Source of the DNA: a virus
DNA: 64,000 bases
Virus record (IMG/VR): IMGVR_UViG_3300032293_001631
Span: 1 to 64,000 of that record
Strand: one strand, 5' to 3'
Made by a program: the position numbers and the translations under genes. Under the pieces are notes generated by a model. It ran no database searches, was not told the DNA's origin, and saw nothing but the letters and a program-made list of their open reading frames with translations. Below are positions 29,401 to 37,341 of the stretch, piece after piece; positions within the stretch are counted from its first letter, which is position 1; the number at the start of each line of letters is the position of its first letter.

Positions 29401-31587
29401 CTACCACCTTCTTTTATTCCTATTCCTGTACCTAATCCGATAGATGGTAATCCGTACATAAGAATACCTCTTCCTATGATATGGACTATAGTTCCTCCTA
29501 TATTAATACCTTTACCTTTCAATTTGGGAATGTTAGTTATATTCATTCCATTTATAGGAGGGTTTATGCCAACTCCTTTAGTTTATCTGAAAGAGTTTGT
29601 CACGGGTAGTTCTTTATTTCTTACTGGACTTAGAGGACCAAGATTTATACCTAGGAAATCCGATCCGTCTGTTAAAGATCCATTTGAAAAAATTAAACAG
29701 GCTCTATCTTTTGGTATTCCTGATAAATTAATTCCACTTCCTGGATTTGGCTTGGATGATCTAGATTCTCCGTCTAGAGTATTGAGCGATATTAGAAGTA
29801 ATTTGACTAAGATATTTGATTCTGTTCCACCACCGGGTAATGTCCAACAAATAAGGGATATACAAGAAAAGGAGAGGGAGTTAAAAAGAAAGATAAGAGA
29901 AAAAGAGAAGGATTATAAGAGTAAAAGTGCACTTCTAGATTTACCAGCACCAGATCTTTCAGCTGAAGAAGAGCAACTAAAAATATTACTGGGACAAAGG
30001 AAGGAAGCTTTAAAATCTACCATAAAGGATTATCTCAAAGTAAGTATACCTGATCCTAAATCAATATATTTCCCAAAAGATAAAGATAAGCTAAAAATAG
30101 ACATACCAGGGATAATAAAATCCTTGAGGATACTAAAAGAAATGAGAGCTAGTTTAGTACCTATAGATTGTCCTAGCTTTGTGAATTTTAAGGATGAAAT
30201 GAGGGAGGTTTTAAAACTAATGAAAATAGTTTGTCCTCCGATATACCTGGATGAAAATCTAGGAGTAGCTAATTCTAGTAAGATATTTTTAAGAATTAGA
30301 AAAGACCCTAGGTTAATGACTGATGATGAATTCAGATCACTAGTAAAAGGGATAAGGGGATCTTCGATGGTGATAGCCAAAGTTATACTTTGGGGTAACA
30401 GATTCTCCGTAATAAAGAAAGTTAGAGACGGAGCATTCTCTTTAGTTGAAAGAAGTGAATTTGAAGGAGTTTTTAAATTTCCAGAAATAAAGATAACAAA
30501 CTTAGCTCCTAGAGCACTTAAATTTTTCAGAAAGAAAAATCCTATTATAGAAGCTATGAAGTTTCGTATAATGGAGGGATTACTAAATATAGAATATACG
30601 AGGGAGGATTTTTCAAGATATGTTAGATATGACGGTGAAGATCCTATACTAGTTATAAGAGTTAAGGATTTAAAGAGGTTGGTGTCTAAAAAGATTGGAT
30701 TAAGTAGGATTGGTCCTTTTGATCCTGTCAGACCCTTAGATCAAGAAGATCCGTTAATATCTAATTTCCCTTTTCCTAAAGGACCTTTATCATGTCTTAG
30801 CTCTTTGAATGGCGGATTCGGTAATGCGGTTGCAGCTTTTGAATTACCTACAGTTTTTCCACCTAAGCAGGATCAAGTTGCTCAAATTCCAGGATTAGGA
30901 GGGATTGTACAAGTTACTATACCTGGATCTGTCGTAAAGAACTTTTTAATAAGTACTCTGGATAAATCATTAGATGCTGGAGCTCTCGAAAAAATATTCC
31001 CAGAAATATCGGATATAAATTCACCCAAGTTTTTGAACATAGAGCCTTCTGATATACAGAAGATAGCTAAGAATCTGGTTACAGATTTAATAAAGCCAGA
31101 ATCAAAGGATATACCTGCATTTTTAAATGTTCTAAAGATACCAGTGATTCCTAAATCTAGACCTACTGATATAATAGAGCAGGCGTTAATAGGAATGGGA
31201 GCTCCACCTCCTGCTAGAATCGTTTACAGTCTTTTCTGGCAATACTTCAAGAGTCTACCAAAAACGCCATTATCAGATATATTGGTGTTACCTAAAGTGA
31301 CTGCTTCCGCAGAGTTGCTTTCTAAAATACCTTGGCCTCTTGCTGTGCTAATAGGAAGGGATATATTAAATATAATCAACCCGATATCTATGAACGACGA
31401 CCATCCTGTTTGGAGAAGAATGAGCTTAAAGAATACATACTATGTGGTTTATTTAGACGAATTCTTAAGAAGCGCTGCTGATGTATCGGGATTATTCAAG
31501 TTTTTCCTCGGATCAGCAGATCCAGTATACCCTATACCGGAGCTTCCTTCCGAATTAAAAAAAGCGACCAATATAAAAAAATATTAA
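26491..31587 (+). CDS. Large hypothetical protein (1698 aa), probably virion-associated
   Basis: Starts 1 nt after the gp5-like stop; coiled-coil segments, a Cys cluster and a Pro-rich hydrophobic segment. Confidence 0.75.
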   Translation: MESIESRIDSLLGKDFANMSADEILNTISGGQNFNIPYEDLQSKEGFEKELNKTQKEVDGVIKSLNPQKPPIPLKDIEDLACNYEGDDLYSRIILETIRRDDKKLYANLINSAEYKNNLPISETDLGVEVKGVDLGFSKKIPSEGITKYLKRKNPGFLEKINEKIFDNLDPLILGKPSNSGSRKKRKLNILGFEIPLEFIMNGTQIVHVKIGGDEINLDRALEKINGLLKKQNENSKPCDFDGIDVNTSSERIDGFDANFFPDGDDPIVDDECLPGIPEDPITGDPILTKGNFDESLEDFCDPPIYEFKRDEVPDPEPPQVDVDSIDACLSSALDKSKKLEDDIKLLARWQMIEMSLQEILYHYEPIYEYQKSLSENWRDRITVNSGGDPSNFDIGIQILTYRDEIERYNQELTDQEEKYNNDKDLFLKENEIFTEDLFLLNVYDTELSSIGVEELFNNQINANKSPITYESSTDSWPIAEGVSKFLSNAESIRDIMIEKNFIGIIETKISDTQALLDASIQTLSERLQKQVTVSDVEKSFIPSSTTTSDLYGQGNESLEINARVFKSPAQLLLTTSSYTYDSYGYDFLEALKEFSVRYTTNFNKSLSELEFKLSLATDYGFPLPYKKVKKPSKITFTGKSTGPLGDVNIPDEEKIKIGNEYANNGGLLSDESADYLESYQFIKIDNIRTGFPDVAKFYDFIDKIVNTNRSKENIIEDIVEDRGILYGQLIEKSASPWLFFTPEERGDNDARDPSKSRPSSFTADGEPTPVFTEFYSNFKTKWNEKYILNKETYINPAIEDLKEKARKAGEGLGKTLPTSDVIGIRIFENYTDVKKKYDQIKETILLASQKINELNESLKPENVEKRFSDIKCAGAQSPPDEDDKENCPPVCCGEPGSDFKTGNYLLSSPPSSDCPTMFQRCWWKQFSKDLTKVGLLPYPNGLPPIEDPKYFLTPGPSVRLGLKYWPVGYLPPSFIPIPVPNPIDGNPYIRIPLPMIWTIVPPILIPLPFNLGMLVIFIPFIGGFMPTPLVYLKEFVTGSSLFLTGLRGPRFIPRKSDPSVKDPFEKIKQALSFGIPDKLIPLPGFGLDDLDSPSRVLSDIRSNLTKIFDSVPPPGNVQQIRDIQEKERELKRKIREKEKDYKSKSALLDLPAPDLSAEEEQLKILLGQRKEALKSTIKDYLKVSIPDPKSIYFPKDKDKLKIDIPGIIKSLRILKEMRASLVPIDCPSFVNFKDEMREVLKLMKIVCPPIYLDENLGVANSSKIFLRIRKDPRLMTDDEFRSLVKGIRGSSMVIAKVILWGNRFSVIKKVRDGAFSLVERSEFEGVFKFPEIKITNLAPRALKFFRKKNPIIEAMKFRIMEGLLNIEYTREDFSRYVRYDGEDPILVIRVKDLKRLVSKKIGLSRIGPFDPVRPLDQEDPLISNFPFPKGPLSCLSSLNGGFGNAVAAFELPTVFPPKQDQVAQIPGLGGIVQVTIPGSVVKNFLISTLDKSLDAGALEKIFPEISDINSPKFLNIEPSDIQKIAKNLVTDLIKPESKDIPAFLNVLKIPVIPKSRPTDIIEQALIGMGAPPPARIVYSLFWQYFKSLPKTPLSDILVLPKVTASAELLSKIPWPLAVLIGRDILNIINPISMNDDHPVWRRMSLKNTYYVVYLDEFLRSAADVSGLFKFFLGSADPVYPIPELPSELKKATNIKKY

Positions 31588-31594
31588 TTTCTTG

Positions 31595-31622
31595 GAAATT
31601 TTAATCCAATTTTATACTAGAA
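31595..31622 (+). promoter_or_regulatory. Putative second-class promoter GAAATT-N17-TAGAA upstream of the S1 gene
   Basis: Same spacing as 3145 and 16947; intergenic. Confidence 0.4.
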
Positions 31623-31643
31623 AACAATACAAACCCAAATAAT

Positions 31644-32753
31644 ATGAAAAGCAAAAATTTTAGTTGTTTCGAGTACGAAGTTACTGAAAGAGAAAGATTA
31701 CAATCAATGTATGACGGAACATTTCCTGAGGATGTTAGAAATATCTCAGGAAAAGATATACAAAATAATACCTCAGAGAGGATTGTTATTACGTCTGTAG
31801 ACGACGAAAAAGGTGTTGCCTTAGGTGAAACATCTTTTGGACAAACTATCATAATAGACACAAAGAAAGAGGAGAAAAACATGAGGAAGCTAGGATATCC
31901 ATCTATGGAGATATCTAGTGGACAGGTACTCGATGTTGTGATCCATAAAGATTCTGGAGGATCGTTCAACGGATCGGTTTCTGCCGGATACGAAAAAGCA
32001 CTTAAGAAGGAGCTACATAGATCTATCAAGGACGAGGATTGCGCATTTAAAGTTAGAGTGAAGAATGTTTGTAACGGAGGATTCATGGTGGATCTTTCTG
32101 GAATAGAATGTTTCCTACCTGGTAGCTTAGCAGCTGCAAATAGAATAATGAACTTCGCTGATTATGTAGGCAAAGAATTAAACGTTATGGTTGAGGTCTA
32201 TGACCAGAAAAGAGATATCTTCGTAGTTTCATTTAAAAAATACCTAAGGAAGATCATCGACAGAGAGGTTCAAAATCTATCGTTCTCTAGCAAGTATGAA
32301 GGGGTCGTTACTGGAGCTTCTAACGGAGGAGTTTTTGTTGAATGGGACGAGATCTATACAGGAATAATTCCTATGGACGACTCAAACAGAGAAACTCTTT
32401 CTTCTTATAGTGCTGGTGATGTTGTAGAATTTTATATCTTAGATATAAAGAATCCACAAAGAATATCCTTGTCTGTTACTCAGCCTAGCGAGAAAATGAA
32501 AAATATCCAAGAAATGAAGGATACTTCGTCTGAAGTTTTAGGGGAAAATACCGATTTGAAAATATATAAAGGAGAGATTACTAAAATTAAAACCTTCGGT
32601 GTTTTTGTTAAAATGGAAAACGGATTAACTGGACTTATCGAAAAAGAAAGATTAGTAAACTCTATTAAAGAATATGAGGTTGGAAAATCGGTTGATTTTT
32701 CTATCTTGAGTGTAGATAGTTCTACTCTCAAAATACAATTAATAGAGAAATAA
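31644..32753 (+). CDS. rpsA: Ribosomal protein bS1-like (about four S1 domains)
   Basis: GGFMVDLSGIECFLPGS...YVGK...VVS (D2-type); YEGVVTGASNGGVFVE; YKGEITKIKTFGVFVKMENGLTGLI; degenerate first domain. Confidence 0.85.
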   Translation: MKSKNFSCFEYEVTERERLQSMYDGTFPEDVRNISGKDIQNNTSERIVITSVDDEKGVALGETSFGQTIIIDTKKEEKNMRKLGYPSMEISSGQVLDVVIHKDSGGSFNGSVSAGYEKALKKELHRSIKDEDCAFKVRVKNVCNGGFMVDLSGIECFLPGSLAAANRIMNFADYVGKELNVMVEVYDQKRDIFVVSFKKYLRKIIDREVQNLSFSSKYEGVVTGASNGGVFVEWDEIYTGIIPMDDSNRETLSSYSAGDVVEFYILDIKNPQRISLSVTQPSEKMKNIQEMKDTSSEVLGENTDLKIYKGEITKIKTFGVFVKMENGLTGLIEKERLVNSIKEYEVGKSVDFSILSVDSSTLKIQLIEK

Positions 32754-32757
32754 AAAA

Positions 32758-34200
32758 TTGGCTAATTTACTTGGTAATGATTTTTTCTATTCTGCTAAAC
32801 TTGGTTTCGAATTTGAGTTTTATAGCAACTTAAATAGAAACGAAATAGCATATGACCTTGGCAAGGTCCTTGGAAAAAAAGTGCTAGTTTTTAAAAATTA
32901 TCATTCCAACTTTAAACCAACTAAGGACATTTTTAAGTTAGAACCTGATTATTCGGGAGGCTCAAAAATGGTAGAATTTATTACTGGACCGCTTCCCTAT
33001 TTTGAAGCGGTCGTAATATTAATAAAAACCCTTAAGTGGATAGACGAGAATGGATATACTGATAAGAAATGTGCTTTCCAGTTCGGTGTTAGCATAGACA
33101 CTTCGATTTATCCTGACGTTCCTCCTATGACCCAAATAAATATTCTTAAATTTATATTAGGGTTTGATGAGAATATTATCTATAAAAGATTCCCAGATAG
33201 AATGGGATCTTTATACGCTAAGTCTATAAAAAGAATAGTGCCTTCTAATAAGTTTGTAGATCCCACTAACATATCTTTTATAGACAAGAATCTTTTTGAC
33301 GTTCCTCTCGAAAAAAACATGGGAATTAATTTCTTAAAGGTTCCGGATGGATATTTTGAGGTTAGATATTTAGGAGGTAAGGATTATCAGAAAAAATATA
33401 ATGCTATAAAGGATGTAATAGACTATATAGTAACTTATACTGTTGATGTCCTTAGATTCAATAACGGATTTACAGAGAATGATGTTAAGATTCTTAAATT
33501 ATTTCTGAATGAGATATACAAGAATTCATCGACATTTATAGATCCTGAGACGTTTCAAAAGAATTATCCTCACTTAAATGTAATGGTTGATCTTAGATCT
33601 GATCCACAGATTTTAAGATCTTTCTTCCTTAATATAAGAGAGGTTCTTTACGATATAATAGTAGAGAATAATATAAAGGAAGGAATTATAAATTACGATA
33701 GTAATCTTGGTAAATTCCAGCTAAAAGATATTAAAACCCAAAGAGCTTACTTGTTGAAGGACTATGATATTTTAGAAAGCGAAATAGCTGGAAATGTTTT
33801 AAACTGTAGATTGTTTACTTGTAAACTTAACGATTGCACTATTGAAGAATGTGATTTGATAACGAATAATGAAATAAACAGATCTAAAATAATGGTTTCT
33901 GATATTTATTTCACAAACACAGTTCATGATAGTTATATTGATAACAAGGAGAAGGAAATAAACTGTGAAGTATTTGGTGGTATAATTAGATCTGGGTTTA
34001 TTGGGAAACTTGCTACTATATCTCCAGAAACTGAAATAGTTAAAGAGGCTGAGGACGATAAGAAATTAAAAGGAAGTTCTAAAAAACAACAGTTCCCAAA
34101 TAGAAACGAGGGTGAAGCTCTTTCTAAGCCAGTAAGATTTGGTGATAACAATTCTAAGCCATCAGGTATTCCTGGAATAAACTTCAAATCAAATAATTAA
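32758..34200 (+). CDS. Putative amidoligase-like (COOH-NH2 ligase fold) protein with C-terminal beta-helix-like repeats; TTG start
   Basis: GFEFEF, EPDYS, VEFITGPL, INF, FEVRYLGG motifs of the Amidoligase_2 family; the expected CGxHxH reads CAFQFG. Confidence 0.65.
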   Translation: MANLLGNDFFYSAKLGFEFEFYSNLNRNEIAYDLGKVLGKKVLVFKNYHSNFKPTKDIFKLEPDYSGGSKMVEFITGPLPYFEAVVILIKTLKWIDENGYTDKKCAFQFGVSIDTSIYPDVPPMTQINILKFILGFDENIIYKRFPDRMGSLYAKSIKRIVPSNKFVDPTNISFIDKNLFDVPLEKNMGINFLKVPDGYFEVRYLGGKDYQKKYNAIKDVIDYIVTYTVDVLRFNNGFTENDVKILKLFLNEIYKNSSTFIDPETFQKNYPHLNVMVDLRSDPQILRSFFLNIREVLYDIIVENNIKEGIINYDSNLGKFQLKDIKTQRAYLLKDYDILESEIAGNVLNCRLFTCKLNDCTIEECDLITNNEINRSKIMVSDIYFTNTVHDSYIDNKEKEINCEVFGGIIRSGFIGKLATISPETEIVKEAEDDKKLKGSSKKQQFPNRNEGEALSKPVRFGDNNSKPSGIPGINFKSNN

Positions 34201-34204
34201 TGTC

Positions 34205-34984
34205 ATGACTGAAGCAGATCTAATACAGGAAATAAAAGATGACATATCTCATTCTTGTGCATTACCTTACAATCTAAATGAGCAAGAGATAAAAAGGATC
34301 ATTAAAAGAGCAAGAGCATACTTTTATGATAACTATCAATATGCAGTAGAAGATAGAATTTTTGTATTAGGGAGAGAGCTTTTTTCAACACCTGCTTTCA
34401 GAGCAACTAGACAAATACAAATGCCTCAGTGTGTGAGATCTATATACGAGGTAAGAGAGGTTAACGGAGGAGGATTGATCGGTACACCGGATAAAGATTT
34501 TGGTGACTCTAAACTTTTAGGATCTGAGCTTATGCTTTCTCCTTTTGTTGGGGATAACCTAGTTTATAGAACGGTTTTATATTCATTCTTCGATTTAGCA
34601 AAAGCTTATCTTTTGGAAACATATGCTTTTAATTATAACAAAAACACCAAAAGATTAACCATACTAGGTAGAGATCCTAATAGAACTTACCAAACAGACG
34701 GAGGAAGCTCCAGTACTCTTTTTACTGGTACCGATGTTGGTGTAAGAGCATACATTGATATACCGGAAGAAAATCTATATGATGACGAACTATTTGTTAG
34801 ATATTGTTTAGCAGAGGGTAAAATAAATATAGGTAGATTACTAGGTACATTCGAATACAATCTCCCTGGTGGTGTTAGAGTCAACTATAATAATATACAA
34901 ACTATAGGATCCACAGAAAAACAGGAGATTATCCAGATGATAAAAGACGAGAATACTCCTTCATACTTCTTGCAGTGGAATTAA
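34205..34984 (+). CDS. Neck / head-tail adaptor, T4 gp13-like
   Basis: IKRIIKRARAYFYD N-terminal helix; C-terminal YCLAEGKINIGRLLGTFEYNLPGGVRVN (gp13 LPGGV motif). Confidence 0.8.
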   Translation: MTEADLIQEIKDDISHSCALPYNLNEQEIKRIIKRARAYFYDNYQYAVEDRIFVLGRELFSTPAFRATRQIQMPQCVRSIYEVREVNGGGLIGTPDKDFGDSKLLGSELMLSPFVGDNLVYRTVLYSFFDLAKAYLLETYAFNYNKNTKRLTILGRDPNRTYQTDGGSSSTLFTGTDVGVRAYIDIPEENLYDDELFVRYCLAEGKINIGRLLGTFEYNLPGGVRVNYNNIQTIGSTEKQEIIQMIKDENTPSYFLQWN

Positions 34985-35007
34985 TTTATTGTGTTATTAA
35001 TTCTTGG

Positions 35008-35015
35008 AATATATA
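35008..35015 (+). promoter_or_regulatory. AATATATA (variant late promoter element)
   Basis: 7 nt upstream of ATG 35023. Confidence 0.45.
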
Positions 35016-35022
35016 GAGCAAG

Positions 35023-35394
35023 ATGGCAAGATTTTCTGAAATTTATCCAAGGAATCCTGATGATCCAAATTACAAGGAGGGTCTTTTACATACCGATGAT
35101 GAGGTAGAAATCCTTATTGGTATGATTAAGAATTGTATGCTTTCTAGACCTGGTGAGGTTTTAGGAGATCCTTATTTTGGTATAGATCTAGAAGGGCTTA
35201 TATTTGATCTTGGTGTAGACCAGAACACTTTAACTAGAGCTATAGATCTTCATCTCATGACGTATGTACCTATAGCTTATTCCCTTTTTAATGTTGAATT
35301 CAAAATCGGATTTTTTCAGGGTGATACTAGAGATGCTTGCGTTATCGATTTTGCAATAAAGGGTAACCCTATATTAGGAATTAAAATATTATAA
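35023..35394 (+). CDS. Baseplate wedge subunit, gp25-like
   Basis: IKNCMLSRPGEVLGDPYFGIDLEGLIFD gp25/GPW signature. Confidence 0.85.
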   Translation: MARFSEIYPRNPDDPNYKEGLLHTDDEVEILIGMIKNCMLSRPGEVLGDPYFGIDLEGLIFDLGVDQNTLTRAIDLHLMTYVPIAYSLFNVEFKIGFFQGDTRDACVIDFAIKGNPILGIKIL

Positions 35395-35395
35395 A

Positions 35396-37093
35396 ATGGA
35401 TTTATTATCAAAAAATCGGGCAAAGATATCTGACTTATTAACACAGACTTTTGAGTTAATACAGGCAAGATATGGAATGTCTAATCAGCTATTTACCGTA
35501 GCTTCGGTGTGGGGACAAATAATATTTGTTTTAGATAACCTTTCCCAATTTATCTTATTCTTCATTGAGGATTCAATAACTGAATTAAACATAAACACAG
35601 CTACCAGAGAATCGTCTATATATGGATTGGCAGCTTTAACTGGGCACAATCCAACTAGAGCAATATCAGCTAAAGGAGAGGTTATTATAAAATGGAACGG
35701 TAAAGGATTTGAAGATATTGGAGGAAGCGCGGTTCTTATTCCTAAAAACTCCGAGATCAAATGTGTAAATAATGGTAAAACATATCTGCTTAAATTTCCA
35801 CAAGAATACACAAGACTAAATCTAGATAGCACATCAAATTTAGCATGTTCTGTAGTAGAAGGAACGCTAAATGTAAATCAATATACCGGGAATGGTGGGA
35901 AACTCCAAAGCTATAATATCTCTTCAAGAGGAACTTCGAGTATAGAAAACTTTGAAGTTTATGTTAAAGTTAACGGTGTTGAATGGAAACAATACGATTC
36001 TCTCTATGATATTCCTAGGAACGGATTAGGGTACATAGTAAAAAGTTCCATAATATCTGGTATAGATATATTTTTTGGAACGGGTGACTTTGGGTTACCT
36101 CCATCGTCTGGATCTATAATAGAAGTTACCTACCTAGAATCTGCTGGTGCTTCTGGTAATATAGTTGTAGACGACTCTGCACAGGTTATATTTAGATTTG
36201 ATTCTGAGGGAACAGATCTTTTTGGCAATACAGTAACTCTTGCAGATGTTCTTCAAATTTCTTGTACTATTGCTCCACAACTTGGAGCTGGACAGGAGCC
36301 AGTAGATCTAACAAGACTAATAGCTCCTAAGACATCAAGAAGTTTTGTTTTAGCAAATCCTACTAACTACATAACTTTCTTTGAAAAGTTTGGGCAATTT
36401 TCCATAATAGAAGCCTTTACAACTTTTGACGATCAGTACATAGATGACGATAATATTATTTACTTGATACTTGTACCAGATATACAATTGACTTTAAAAA
36501 GCAACGAAACGTATTTTGATATACCGGTTTCCAGATTTAAATTAACTCAACCACAAAGAGATAGAATAAATCAATTATTAGATGAGAGCGGACAGAAAAT
36601 AGTTACCACTGAGGTAAGAATATTAGATCCTGTCATTAAAAAATATGTTGTTAACATCTCAATAAGTATATTCGAGGGGAATGATCCTGATACTGTAAAG
36701 TCACAGATAGTAAATACAATGAGCGATTACTTTTTGAATATCAGAAGAAGAGATAAGATCCCGAGATCGGATTTAATCGCTGCGGTAGAAGAAATAGAAG
36801 GGGTGGATTCGGTTTCACTTTATTTTGTTGGTGAAGAAAACGAAGCTGCTAAGGCACAAAATCCAAATTCACCAGAGATTGGCTTTGATGAATTTGGTGA
36901 TATAGTTATGAGTAAGGACGAGATAGTTATTATATCCGGAGGATGGGAAGATAGAAACGGGATCTTTTACGATCTTGGAGCTGGTATGAATACCCTGTCA
37001 TCTATAAATATAGATATTAGATCTATTGTTCCTTTCACTTATAACTCGAGAGTTAATAATATATTAAAGAGCTCGTTAAAAACAGGAAACTAA
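35396..37093 (+). CDS. Baseplate wedge subunit, gp6/J-like
   Basis: ELNINTATRESSIYGLAALTGHNP.RA.SA; IFFGTGDFG.PP; VTYLESAGASGN; IEGVDSV. Confidence 0.85.
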   Translation: MDLLSKNRAKISDLLTQTFELIQARYGMSNQLFTVASVWGQIIFVLDNLSQFILFFIEDSITELNINTATRESSIYGLAALTGHNPTRAISAKGEVIIKWNGKGFEDIGGSAVLIPKNSEIKCVNNGKTYLLKFPQEYTRLNLDSTSNLACSVVEGTLNVNQYTGNGGKLQSYNISSRGTSSIENFEVYVKVNGVEWKQYDSLYDIPRNGLGYIVKSSIISGIDIFFGTGDFGLPPSSGSIIEVTYLESAGASGNIVVDDSAQVIFRFDSEGTDLFGNTVTLADVLQISCTIAPQLGAGQEPVDLTRLIAPKTSRSFVLANPTNYITFFEKFGQFSIIEAFTTFDDQYIDDDNIIYLILVPDIQLTLKSNETYFDIPVSRFKLTQPQRDRINQLLDESGQKIVTTEVRILDPVIKKYVVNISISIFEGNDPDTVKSQIVNTMSDYFLNIRRRDKIPRSDLIAAVEEIEGVDSVSLYFVGEENEAAKAQNPNSPEIGFDEFGDIVMSKDEIVIISGGWEDRNGIFYDLGAGMNTLSSINIDIRSIVPFTYNSRVNNILKSSLKTGN

Positions 37094-37094
37094 A

Positions 37095-37340
37095 ATGGAA
37101 AAGAAAAGCTGGTTTGAATTTATAAACTCTCAGAACGATGTTAGATCTAATGTTGGTTTTGATTACGAAGGAAAAATATTCCAAAAGACATTGTCTAATC
37201 CTGTATTAAATGGTGATAATAATAGATTGGTAATATTAGCAAGTATAGAGAAAGTTGTTTATTCCCTGTTTGAAACTACTAAGTATATAAAGAACTATTT
37301 TAATTATACTGTTCCTAAAAATAACAAATACGTAAGATAG
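37095..37340 (+). CDS. Small baseplate-region hypothetical protein (81 aa)
   Basis: 1-nt gaps on both sides. Confidence 0.7.
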   Translation: MEKKSWFEFINSQNDVRSNVGFDYEGKIFQKTLSNPVLNGDNNRLVILASIEKVVYSLFETTKYIKNYFNYTVPKNNKYVR

Positions 37341-37341
37341 A

